Positions 1-11,910 of a DNA stretch of 64,000 nucleotides are shown piece after piece. Source of the DNA: the human T2T-CHM13v2.0 reference genome, Homo sapiens; assembly GCF_009914755.1 (NCBI RefSeq), contig NC_060927.1, one strand, 5' to 3'. The notes under the pieces were generated by a model. That model worked only from the letters and a program-made list of their open reading frames with translations, was not told the origin of the DNA and did no database searches. The position numbers and the translations under genes were made by a program. Position 1 is the stretch's first letter; every line of letters begins with the position of its first letter.

Positions 1-950
1 GCTACTAAGTTTGTTCTTATATTTACTTTTACTCTTGAACTTTAAATTTCCTTTTGGCTTTGTGTTGCTTTCTAGCATTTCTTCATTTCAACTTGGAGGA
101 TTTCCGTCAGTATTTCTGTAGAGAAGATTTAGTGAAGGGCACTTTCTCAACTTTTATTTATTGAGGAAAGTCTTAAATCCTCTTTCACTTTAAAAGAACA
201 GTTTTACTGGATACAAGATTCTTGGATGATAGGGATTGTTGTTGTTTCAGCACCTTAATATATCTTCTACTTCCTTCTGGCCTGCAAGATTTCTGCTAAA
301 AAATTCACTGATTCTTGTATGTAAATTTTCTTGTATGTGATGGCTTTTTTCTTTGTTGATTTCAATTTTTTTTTTTTACTATAGACAGTTTTATTACAAT
401 ATCTGAGTGTGGTTTTCCTTGCATATGTCCTAGAGTTCTTTCAGCTTTTCTATTTTTTATGTCCATCTAATTCCTCAAATTTAGGGAGCTTGAGGCCATT
501 TTTTCTCAAATAAGCTCTCTCTCAAATAAGAAGTGGTAATGTCTCCTTTTCTATTTCTCAAATTCTAAAATTCCCAAGATATACATGCCTCCTCTTTTGT
601 GTCTAACCGAAGATAGGGGCAAAAGAATGAATGAACAAAAGACTGAAGAGGAATTCTTCACTATTTTGTTTTTAACCCTAGGGAAGAGCCCAAGCTTGGG
701 AAGTTTCTTTCCAGTTGTATATGCTGTGCTGTATGTGGGGAAGAACACGGGCATGCCTTCAAAACACTGCAAATTTTCTACCTCTTTCTCTGGAATCCTT
801 TTTGTTTTTACATTGACCTGGGTACTGTAACTTCTCAACTAGTTTCTAGAGTATAAATGGAGGTATTCTAGTCAGTATATGGTTACTAATTCAGTATCTC
901 TTCCACGAAAGAAGGGTCTGGAGCTTTGTAGTCCATATTCTTGCTGCATC
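1..950 (-). mobile_element. Old L1 (L1M-type) fragment, antisense ORF1 and 5' region; boundaries approximate
   Basis: T-rich plus strand with degenerate antisense L1 ORF1 phrases (gttttactggatacaagattcttgg, cttctggcctgcaagatttctgctaaaaaattcactga). Confidence 0.6.
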
Positions 951-2564
951 ACTTCTATTTATGTATAATTTATTTATTTTATTTTATTAAGTGGACAAGT
1001 AATCACATTATTACTTTTTTTCATCATCTTATTCCTTTGCATTTATTGTATTATAATTTACTCAGGGTGAGCCTGGGATTAAGTTTTCTTTAGAAGAAAA
1101 AAACTTTAACTGTGGGGTGAGTTTCTGTAATTTTTTTAACTTGATTTATTTGGGAATAAATGCTTACATAGGACTTTTAACTAGTTCTGATAAGTGACTA
1201 ATATGGATAGCACTTTTTTAATACCACGAATAGTTCTTATTAAAGAAATCTCTAAAGCTGAAATCTGATGCTTAATCAAACAAATGAAGTGAAGTGGTCA
1301 AAGCTTTCTTGTATTTCATTCCCTGGGGGAATCTGTGGTAAAGCAGAGAAAGGAGGCATATGCTACAGTTAAATAATATAGGAGTATGAGAAATCTACAA
1401 CTGCCACACCTAGAAAGACTAGGATAATCATTCCTGGAAGCAGGCCATGGCGGGCTTCTCATCTAGGAGCGTGCTCCTTGCTGTACATTAACATTAGCTG
1501 AGCACTATTGAAAAGTATCAATGTTATGCTTCATCCCTTGATAGTATGACTTAATTTTTTTTGAATGAAGAATCTGATTGAATTAGTCTTGGAAAGTAGC
1601 TACCAGAATTGATAGTTTATTATGCCTCCTCCATGATTCTAATTTTCACCCAAATTTGAGAACTATGATTCTAGGTGAAGCCCTTCATGTGGCCATGTGA
1701 GATAAGAAAGGTGTAAGGTGATTAGACATACGTTTCTGGCTTTCCAGATCCTGTGTGCAGGAATTCATGTGCACCTGTGTACCCGCTTGAGAGATTTGAG
1801 ATGTGTACATTGAACTTCTATTTCACACAAATATAAAGAGGATCTTCTCTGATGACCAGGAGCAGCAGTGTGGCAGAAGTCTAGTCATAGATTACGTTAT
1901 GTCAAAAAGACATAGAAAGAAGGATGATGATTAGAGATTTCTGTCAAGGACACCTGCTTAACTACCCATGGTTAAAGAATAATGTATGTAAATCCCACCA
2001 CCTCTTTCCAGCACACATAGACTCATACACTTTCTCTGGCATCCAGTACCATCCAGGGTAATAAGTTGAAGTTGAACATGAAATGTCTGCATATGTACCT
2101 GAAAAAAATCAATCATTCAGTGGAGACAATAATAACCTACAAATGCTGAGATTCTCAAATTTAAAGTTTCTATGCAAGGTAGGGAGCTCAGAAAACAGAT
2201 TAGAAAGAAATGGCTACATTTTAATTGTGTTATATGTATAACATAGTTCCACACATCTTATGTTCCAAAAAATAATTACCTTCCTTTCTTAAAAAAAATT
2301 CTTGGAGCTTGAGACAGTTTTAATCAATCAGGCTGGATAGAAAACACAGTATATTTAAAGTTTGGCAACTATATACAAATATATTTCGGAAACGGAAAGC
2401 ATGCCTGAGCTCTGCCATTTGCTGGCTATGAAACTTCAACTATAGCCACCCTAGTTGCCTCATATGTAAACTGTGAATGACTATGTTTTTCCAAAATTAT
2501 TTTTAAAATTATATATATGTATATATACACACATATAGAAACTATATATATATATAGTGCTGTG

Positions 2565-2931
2565 TGATATGGTTTGGCTGTGTCCCCACCCAAATCTCAT
2601 CTTGAATTGCAGCTCTAAGAATCCCCACATGTTGTGGGAGAGACCCAATGGGAGGTAACTGAATCACGGGGGCAAGTTTTTTTCGTGGTGTTCTCGTGAT
2701 AGTGCGTAAGTCTCACAAGATCTGATCGTTTTAAAAAGGGTGGTTCCCCTGCACTTCTCTCTTCTGCTGCCATGTGAAGAAGGACATATTTGCTTCCTCT
2801 TCTGCCATGACTGTAAGTTTCCTGAGGCCTCCTAGGCCATGCTTAACTGTGAGACAATTAAACCTCTTTTCTTTATAAATTACCCAGCCTCAGGTATGTC
2901 TTTATTAGCAGCATGAGAATGGACTAATACA
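2565..2931 (+). mobile_element. THE1 (THE1B/C/D-like) MaLR 5' LTR
   Basis: Starts tgatatggtttggctgtgtccccacccaaatctcatcttgaattg and ends ttattagcagcatgagaatggactaataca; 367 bp with TG...CA termini. Confidence 0.93.
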
Positions 2932-4022
2932 GTAAATTAGTAATGGGTAGTGGAGGGCTGCTGTAAAGACACCCACAAATGGAGAAGCCACTACAGAACT
3001 GGGTAACAGGCAGAGGTTGGAAAGGTTTAGAGGGCTCAGAAGATGAAAGGAAAATGTGAGAAAGCTTGGAACTTCCTAGAGACTTCTTGAATGGCTCCGA
3101 CCAAAATGCTGATAGTGATATGGTCAATAAAATCCAGGCTGAGGTGTTTTCAGATGGGGATGAGGAACTTGTTGGGAACTGGAGCAAAGGTGACTCTTGT
3201 TATGCTTTAGTAAAGTTACTGGAGGCATTTTGCCCCTGCCCTAGAGATCTGTGGAATTTTGAACTTGAGAGAGATGATTTGGGGGTATCTTGTGAAAGAA
3301 ATTTCTAAGCAACAAAGCATTTAAGAGGAAGCAGAGCATAGAAGTTTGAAAAATTTAGAGTCTGACAATGCGATAGAAAAGAAACCAATTTTCTGGGGAG
3401 AAATTCAAGCCTGCTGCAGAAATTTGCATAACTAACAAGGAGCTGGATGTTAATTACCAAGACAATTAGGAAAATGTTTCCTGGGCACGTCAGAGACCTT
3501 TGCAGCAGCCACTCCAATCACAGGCCTGGAGGCCTAGGAAGAAAAAATGGTTTCATGGGTGGGGCCTAGGACCCCCCTGCTGTGTGAAACCTGGGGCTGT
3601 GTGTAGCCTGGAGACTTGGTGCCCTGTGTCTCTGCTGCTCCACCTGTGGGTAAAATGGTTCAAGGTACAGCTAGGGCCATGGCTTCGGAGGATTCAAGTC
3701 CTAAGCCTTGGCAGCTTCCATGTGGTGTTGAGCCTGTGGGTGCATAGAAGTCAAGAACTGAGGTAAGGGAACCACTGCCTAGATTTCAGAGGTGTACTTC
3801 AGGGGCAGAACCCTCATGGAGAACCTCTGCTAGGGCACTGCTGAAGGTAAGTGTGGGGTCAGAGCCCTCACACATGTTCCCCCACTTGCAGCACTGTCTA
3901 GTGGAGCTGTGAGAAGAGAATCACCATTCTCCTGACCCAAGAATGGTAGATCCACCAATTGCTTGCATGGTGCACCTGGAAAAGCCACAGACACTCAACA
4001 CCAGCTCCTGAAGGCAGCCAGG
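2932..4022 (+). mobile_element. THE1-int internal sequence, 3'-truncated with no 3' LTR
   Basis: Directly follows the LTR; typical MaLR-int text (gggtaacaggcagaggttggaa, gagagagatgatttgggg, cagcttccatgtggtgttgagcctg); similarity stops at about 4022. Confidence 0.88.
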
Positions 4023-5271
4023 ATCTTGGTCAATAGGTCTTACAGGTGCTTTAAATTTTAAAGTAGAATATTTTATTTTTGAGAGAGAGAAAAAGGAACT
4101 CTCCCTATAAAATTGGTTTTGGCCAAGGACCCTATGAATATGTCAGTTATGGAATTCCATAAAGCAATTTATTTTTTTATTTGGCCACGACTTGCACATT
4201 TTTCCTTGATTAGAGTAGCAATTGTGGCCTTACCACTGTTATTAACTAAAATCCATGGTAGTACATAGAAAAAGAGGCTCAAACTAACAGGATTGACATG
4301 AATTTTGGCAGCGTTTTATTCTATCATGAGCATAAAAATACATATTTTTACAGGCTTTTATGCATTCAGGCTTTCCTTTCAATTCCTAATGTCATTTATC
4401 AAATAAAACTGTCTTTTCTTTAATAAGCAAAGGGAATATTTGACTAATACTCACATATATTCTTTGCTGATTAGTGGCATATTTTTCTGCTATGCACAGG
4501 AATTATGTGCCATGTATGGATTCAGAATTGAATATTTTCAACTTCAGTGCCAAAAAGACTTTATGAGGAAAGGTAGTTTTAAAAAAATACGTTCATCCTC
4601 TATTTGAAATATTAGCTGCCCCTCCAAGATAAAGAACTGATTCATTCCAATAATTGGCTTTTTAAACCCATGTATATTATGGTTTTCATTTTGAATGAAA
4701 CCTAACGCACCTATGAAATTCTGAGTAGGCATCTTTCATTACAGACTTAAAATTGGTAGTAAGCCTCTTCAGCAAGGTACAGAATAACTTCTAGAGAGCA
4801 AAGTAAACTTAAATGAGAGTAGAATAAAGCAAGTGTTATTATTTCTCATGGCAAAAAGCTGATTGTAAACACAATAATTTTATAACTTCTTTTAAAATTT
4901 TGAAGCATAATACTTGCAAATTTCTCACGTTTACATGAAAAACTACAATGTTTTATATCTTTAAGTGTGATATTATATTAGCTCACACATAAATCAATAA
5001 CTGCAACATTTCTTAATCCCTGTTTATAGAAGTGGAATGAATTTTGTGTCTTTATTACACACTTATTTTACAGATAAAGGGAAAGGCTCAATTAATGAAG
5101 AAAACAACAAAAGGTTATGTTTGTACTTATAAGCCATTTGTTGATACATTCCCCACATTTACCAAAAGTGTCATGTCACAGAAATGTAGAATCAAAGAAT
5201 ATTAGAACCCTAAGAGACTCTAAAGTATGTTCCCATGTAATGCCATTTAATTAATAAATAATTGCAGGTAG

Positions 5272-6000
5272 TGTGTCCAAAATTGGTTCCTTCTGGTGGG
5301 TCCTTGGTCTTGCTGACTTTAAGAATGAAGCCGTGGACCCTCACGGTGAGTGTTATAGTTCTTAAAAATGGTGTGTCCGGAGTTTGTTCCTTCAAATACT
5401 CAGATGTGTATGGAGTTTTTTCCTTCTGGTGGGTTCATGGTCTTGCTGACTTCAAGAGTGAAACTCCAGACCTTTGAAGTGAGTGTTACAGCTCTTAAAG
5501 GTAGTGCATCTGGAGTCGTTCGTTCCTCCCGGAGGGTTCATGGTCTTGCTGACTTCAAGAGTGAAGTTGCAAACCTTCACAGTGAGTGTTACAGCTCATA
5601 AACATAGTGCAGACCCAAAAAGTGAGCAGCAGCAAGATTTATTGTGAAGAGCAAAAGAACATAGCTTCCACACAGTGGAAGGGGACCCCAGTGGGTTGCC
5701 GCTGTTGGCGCTGGTGGCCATCTTTTATTCCCTTATTTGGCCCTGCCCACGTCCTGCTGATTAGTCCATTTTACAGAGTGCTGATTGGTCCGTTTTTACA
5801 GAGTGCTGATTGGTGCATTTACAAACCTTTAGCTAGACACAAAGTGCTGATTGGTCCATTTTCACAGAGTGCTAATTGGTACATTTACAAACTTTTAGCC
5901 AAACACAGAGCGCTGATTGGTGTGTTTCAATCCTTTAGCTAGACACAAAAGTTCTCCAAGTCCCCACCTGACCCAGAAGCCCAGCCACCTTCACTTCTCA
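5272..6000 (-). mobile_element. Solo LTR12-family (HERV9) LTR with 4-bp TSD GTAG
   Basis: Plus strand runs tgtgtccaaaattggttcc...cccagccaccttcacttctca; repeated gctgattggt units and repeated ggtcttgctgacttcaagag U5 units; GTAG at 5268-5271 and 6001-6004. Confidence 0.92.
5755..5925 (-). promoter_or_regulatory. CCAAT (NF-Y) box array in the LTR12 U3 region
   Basis: Five ATTGG copies (CCAAT on the minus strand) plus one degenerate copy, in gctgattggt repeat units. Confidence 0.65.
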
Positions 6001-6249
6001 GTAGGAAGGTGGAAAATCTTCACCAAAGCCACAAAATTTATAAATGATAGTATTTTAACTTTTGGTTTCATTCATTTACTTGTTTGTGTATCTGTTTTTA
6101 TTTTTTTTGGTTGTGTATTTTTAAAAGTGATTAAGAAATAGGATACTGATATGACCAAGGTTTTTTAAAGTCTCTGTGTATTCATTCATATGTACATTTC
6201 AGATCCTTTAACCCAGTAATAATTGCTAATTTGAATGTTGATTTATCAT

Positions 6250-6850
6250 TTCCTTTCCTTTATTGTTTACTACATGTGTATTTGTTAATAACATGTGTGA
6301 TGTTCATTTTCTACATTTTGGAACTTTAAAATGTAAGCAGTACTATACATACAGTATTCCTCTGAGACATTTGATTGCTCATGATTTTTGAGATGCAACT
6401 ACATTAGTGTGTAAGATGTAGTGCACTCATTTTTGCTGCTGTACCTTATTCTATTTATGAATATATCACTACTTATTCTTCTATTCTCCTTTTGACATAC
6501 AATTCAGTTATTTTTGGTTTCTTGTTATTACAAGCATTACTGTTATGATCATTCTTGTACATGTGTTTGGTTAACAAGGTCAAGGGTTTCTCTATGTTAT
6601 ATGCTTGATGGTATTTTGCTGACTCAGGATGTTTGTCCATATTTTTACTAGGTAATGGGAAACTGCTTTTCAAAGTAGCTGTATCAAGTTTCCCTTCCTC
6701 CTGCAACTAATGAGAATTTCTGGTGCTCTATATCCTGGACTAATTTTGTTATTGTTAAACATTTTGAGTTGGGTGACCTGGTAGGTTTCAACGATTACTC
6801 ATTTTTGTTTTAATTAGCACTGCTCTGAATTCCAATGAGGTTGACCATAT
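6250..6850 (-). mobile_element. Ancient L1 (L1MC/ME-like) 3' fragment
   Basis: Degenerate antisense L1 ORF2 C-terminal and 3' UTR phrases (atcattcttgtacatgtg, aaactgcttttcaaagtagctgtatc). Confidence 0.6.
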
Positions 6851-7695
6851 TAAGAAGTTTAATTTTGATAATATTTTACATTTTTTCACATTGATAATAT
6901 GGTTAATGTCATATATTTTTGAATAACAAATAGTCCCCAACAAAATATATGTAAGAAATTATTAGCCAGATTTACACTATGAAATTAATAGTAGACATCC
7001 ACCTGCTCCTTACTGCCCCCTGCAAAGGGAGATTTTGGCTCCTTCCTGTTTTACTTTTCTGATGAGAGTGAATGTAAGAGAAGAGTGATGGAATTTCTGG
7101 TTATTGACAAATGTTGAAATGAAATATTTCAAGGTTTGTAGCAATATCCTTCTGGGTGGAACTCAATTTTTCTGTACTTTCCTTGTTGTACAGGATTTCT
7201 TAGCACACTCATCAGTTCCTACCTCCAACACAAGCTGAACATTTCTTTCTTCAAACTTTTATTAATTGTAAACACAAATATTATATGGAACTTTTATTAA
7301 TCGTAAATGCATTTTTTCTTCCCTGTGCTTTTCTGGTTTTTAGAGAAAAGGCTCTGACCATCATTTTATTTTTTTTGTAACTAGAGCTTTTTCTTGCAGA
7401 GATATAAATGCTGATACTTACTGTTTTGTAATTAAAAAAAAATAAAGGGCAGTAGCTGTCAGAGGATAAATGATTTTTAGTCAGCATTAGGCTGGCAAAG
7501 GTTCAAACTTTTGACCACAATGTCATAACCTTCTGTTTCCTTCACACAGTAGCAATCTCATGAGCTTATAAACTGATTGTCTTAAACTGACTTAGTCTTT
7601 CATTACATATGCCAAAACTTATCTTTCTTTGTAATCAAAACTTTTAAAACAAGTAAAAGTATTTTTCAAAGTATGTCATTTTGTAAATAAAACTT

Positions 7696-7992
7696 TTTTT
7701 TTTTTTTGGACAGAGTCTAACTTTCTTGCCCAAGGTGGAGTGCAGTGGCATGATTGCACTTCACTGCAGCCTCAACCTCCCAGGCTCAAGTGATCCTTCC
7801 ACCTCAGCCTCTTGATTAGCTGGGACTACAGGTGTGTGCCACCATGCTCAGCAATCTTTTTCTCATTTTTTGTAGAGATGGGGTCTTGCTATATTACCTG
7901 GCTAGGCTGGTCTCGAACTCCTAGGCTCAAGTGATCTTCCCACCTCGACTTCCCAAACTGTTGGTATTATAGGTGTGAGCCATTGCACTGGT
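7696..7992 (-). mobile_element. AluJ-like SINE
   Basis: Poly-T followed by antisense dimeric Alu with J-type text (cactgcagcctcaacctcccaggctcaagtgatcc); TSD ataaaactt at 7687-7695 and 7993-8001. Confidence 0.92.
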
Positions 7993-8159
7993 ATAAAACT
8001 TCTTCTTAATTGGATATGAGCTTATTCAGGCAATAGTATACATCATCATTGTCACAAATTATAAGGTTGGGAAAAAATGCTTTGTGAAACAGAAAAATAA
8101 TTGATATCACAATCTAATTCTGTTTGAATATATATTACACACTGCTTTGATTAGAACAC

Positions 8160-8320
8160 AGTCTCTGGAATAAGATAGACCTGTATGCAGACATTGGCTC
8201 CCCTCATAGCTTGATGATCTTGGGACAATTATTTACTTTCTTTGAGACTCATTTCCTAATCAGTTAAAATGGGGTTAATATGAAACATCGTCACAGTGTG
8301 CTTTGAACATCAAAAAGCAA
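8160..8320 (+). mobile_element. MIR SINE fragment
   Basis: Core-like text gatcttgggacaattatttactttctttgagactcatttcctaatcagttaaaatgggg. Confidence 0.7.
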
Positions 8321-8865
8321 CTGCATATCAACTCAAAATTTGGATACCAAGGAGACTTTCACGCTTGGTCTGAGCAGAGGCTTATAGTTAATAGCTTTTC
8401 AGCAATAAATAAGTAAATAAATAAATACATGGAATAACCTAGGTGTTCCTCAGTAAGGGGATGCATTTATGAAATATTAAATATTCATATTATTGATTAC
8501 TATCTGGCAGTTAAAATGAATATATTATTTTACATGAACTACTAGAGATAATAGGAAAATATAATGCTGAATAGGAAAGCAGGTTAGTGAGAATAGACAC
8601 TGACACACACATACACACTATATATATACATATATATAGTTAATTAATACATTTAAATGTGGCAGAAATAATCAGGAACTGAAAGAATACATGTCAAATT
8701 CATTATGGGAGTTTTCAGAGATGTTAATAAATAAATGAAACTGTTATTGAGTGCAAATAAGACTTCATTTTTTGTGTAACTTTCTAAAAAGTTTGAAGCT
8801 AAGTTTATAAGACATATGTACACTATACACGAAGAAACATATATTTACACTAAGAATGTGTATAT

Positions 8866-9975
8866 TCATATGGGTATATATGTATGTATATGAATACACA
8901 CACAAGGGGATGTCAAACGTTCAAAAATGAAATTAAAAGATAAAACTAAAAAATGTAAATTGATTTTCTCAACATAAGCTCCATCAAGTTTAAGACACTT
9001 TTGTAAGTGATGATACCAGCAATTTAGTTCATCCCTAAAGAGATGAGCATCCTGGGAATTTATCCATGTTAATTCATTCTTTTTTACATTATGCACTGAA
9101 GAGAAATGGTTGTCCTTAAATTTTTTTTTAATATTAGAAAACAAGAAGTCAAAAAGAGCCAAATCAGGACTATGGGGAGGCTGACTAATGATTTCCCATG
9201 GAAACTTTAACAAAATTACCCTTGCTTGATGGGAGAAATGAGCAGGAACATTGTGACGGCGGAGAGAGACTCTCTGATGAAGTTTTCCTGGGTGTTTTTT
9301 TGCTAAAACTTTGGCTAACTTTCTCAAAACACTCTCATAACAAGATGAGATGTTATCACTGTTTGTACCTCCAGAAAGACAACAAGGAAAATGGCTCAAT
9401 AATTCCAAGAAACAGTTGCCATAATCTTTGCCCTTGACTGGTCCACTTTTGCTTTAACTAGAACAGTTTCACCTCTTGGTAGCCATTGCTTTGATTGTGC
9501 TTTATCATTGGGATCATGCTAGTAAAGTCTAGGATTTTGACCCCACTTGTTTAAATTTCAATTGGAAGCTTTGCTCTTGTCTGTGGCTGACCTGACTACA
9601 ACAGTTTGGCACTCATTGAGTGAAAAGTTTGCTCAACATCTATTTTTCAGTAAGAATTGTGTAAGCTAAATCAATTGAGATGTCAGTAGTGTTGGCTATT
9701 GTTTCTTCTGTTTATCATTGGTATGCTTCATTCAGGGCATGAACAAGATGACTTTTGTCCTTGCAAATTGATGTGGATGGTCTGCCACTGTGGGCTTCAT
9801 CTTCAATATCCTTTCATCCATTCTTAAAATGTGTTATTCCTTTGTAAACCCCTGATTTCTTTTGGGCATTGTCTCTTTAAACATTTTGTAAAACGTCAAT
9901 GATTTCACTATTCTTCCACCCAAGTTTTAACATAAATTTAATGTTTGTTCTTGCTTTGATTTTAGCAGAATTCAT
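8866..9975 (-). pseudogene. Disrupted mariner transposase (Hsmar2)
   Basis: ORF 8866..9408 contains HNVPAH (cf. HDNAPAH), PHSPDLALFDF (cf. YSPDLAPSDF) and KCLKLDGAYVEK; the N-terminal half is not in an open frame. Confidence 0.88.
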
Positions 9976-10148
9976 GTTGCTCTGATAGGGGCACTTTTCA
10001 AACTGATGTTTTATCTTTCTTAATACCTCCAACTAGATCCTATTTATACATATTTTAAGTTAGTATGAGTTTATTTTGGTACAAAAAATCTTTTGACATT
10101 AATGTGTGTTATTATATGCATTTTCATAAACTTTTAGAAATTCTGCTG
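8903..10148 (-). mobile_element. Hsmar2 mariner DNA transposon, near full length
   Basis: Degenerate TIRs at both ends (caaggggatgtcaaacgttca; cattttcataaacttttagaa); Hsmar2 leader and start ATGAATTCTGCTAAA on the minus strand at 9975; about 1.25 kb. Confidence 0.9.
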
Positions 10149-10149
10149 T

Positions 10150-10160
10150 TTGTGTGTGTA

Positions 10161-10191
<31 letters not shown>

Positions 10192-10198
10192 GTTTATG
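10150..10198. repeat. (TG)n/(TATG)n microsatellite
   Basis: tgtgtgtgtatgtgtgtgtgtgtgtgtgtatgtatgtatg directly beside the Hsmar2 TIR. Confidence 0.85.
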
Positions 10199-10694
10199 TC
10201 TATACACTAAGAAATAAAGCCATAAAAAAATGAAGGAATTGGAGATAAAATCTAAAAATGAAATGTCACTATTGCCTGCAATGTTATTCCAACTAAGCTT
10301 AAGCATTTCTCCTTGGAGCATATTTCTGAGGGAACAGGTTGAAAAGTAGAAGTGCTTGAACATTGCTGAACAATGCAAGAATTTTCTCCAAAATGATTTA
10401 ATGGGTTCAATTACTTTGGAGAAAATATCTCCTCAGCAGGATGTGAGAGCTTCTGCTTCCTCACACCTTTGCCAACACTAGATATTATCAGTACTTTGAT
10501 TTGACAACATTGGTTAAGAAAAATGTTAAACAGAATTGTTTATGGTAGAAAACTTGTCTTTGTTTGAAAGGGAATTCTTTAAAATTTTATATTAGGTTTG
10601 ATATTGATATTTTAGGAAAATATATGTTGTCAAGTGAAAAAAATATCCCTCCATTTCCAGTAGGATATATGTGTAATAATATATATTTATATTA

Positions 10695-11910
10695 AGGGAT
10701 GAATGGAAGCATTCTTGTCTTGTTCCAGATCTTACTGAAAAGGCATTCAGTTTTTCTCTGTTTAGTATGGTATTAGCTGTAGATGTGCCATATATGGCCT
10801 TTATCATTTTGTGGTTTGTTCCTGGTATATCCAATTTGTTGTGAGTTTTTATCATAAAAGGATGTTAAATTTTATCAAAAATCTCCAGCATCTTTTACAA
10901 TAGTCACATGGTTTGTGTCCTGATTCTGTTGATGTGATCTATCACATTTATGAATTTGCATATTTTGAACTATCCTTGCATCCCTGGGATAAATGCCAAT
11001 TGATTATAATAAATGATATTTCCAATATATTGTTAAATTAGGTACAACAGTGATTTGTGTACAAATTTTGCACCTATTTTCAACAGAGATATTGGCCTGT
11101 AGTTTTCTATTTTTCTTGTTTGTTTTTGTTTGGTTTTGTTATTAGGGTAATGCTGGCCTCATAAAATATATTTGGATGTATTTCCTTCTCTTCAATTGTT
11201 TGGAATAGTTCAATAATAATCGGTACTAGCTATTTTTTAAATATTTGGTAGAATTCAGCAGTGAAGCAGCAGTCCTAATTTTTTTTTTAATGGGAGACTT
11301 TTTAATGATCTAATTAGTTAGCACCTATCTGTTTATGTTTTCTATTTCTTCATGCTTCAATCTTGCTAGGTTGCATATGTCCAGAAATTTATATATTTGT
11401 TTTAAGTTTTCCAATTATTTGGTGTATAGTTATAATGGTATCTAATAATCCTTTATAGTTCCATTGTGTCAGTTGTAATGTCTTCTTTTTTGTCTGTGGT
11501 TTTACATATTTGGGTCTTACTTTTTTCTTAGCTAGTCCAGTTGGTGATTTGTCAATTTTGTTTAACTTTTCAACAAATTAATGTGTCATTTTGTTTTTCC
11601 TTTGTATTTTTTTAGGCTTTCTATTGTTTAGTTCTGTTCTGATACTAATTATTTCCTTTTACTAATTTGGGGTTTTGTTTGTCTTTGCTTACCTATTTCC
11701 TTGAGGTATATAGTTAGGTTATTTATCTGACATCATTCTATTTCTGTTTTTTATATACGTCTTTATTGCCATAAATATTCCTCTTAGTACTGGTTTTGCT
11801 ATATTTCAAATATGTTAGTATGTTATGTTTCCATTTTAATTTGTTTCAAAGTATTTTTTATTTTTTTAATTTCTATATTGACCCATTGGTTGCTCAGGAA
11901 TATGTTTACT
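10695..11910 (-). mobile_element. Old L1 ORF2 fragment (L1MA/L1PB-like)
   Basis: ORF 10592..10855 resembles L1 RT ([31 protein letters not shown]); antisense ORF2 similarity continues to about 11910. Confidence 0.85.

Noticed and set aside
5290-5945. Spaced direct repeats resembling a CRISPR-like array
   Set aside because: They are the intrinsic U3 and U5 tandem units of LTR12; the intervening sequences are themselves repeated.
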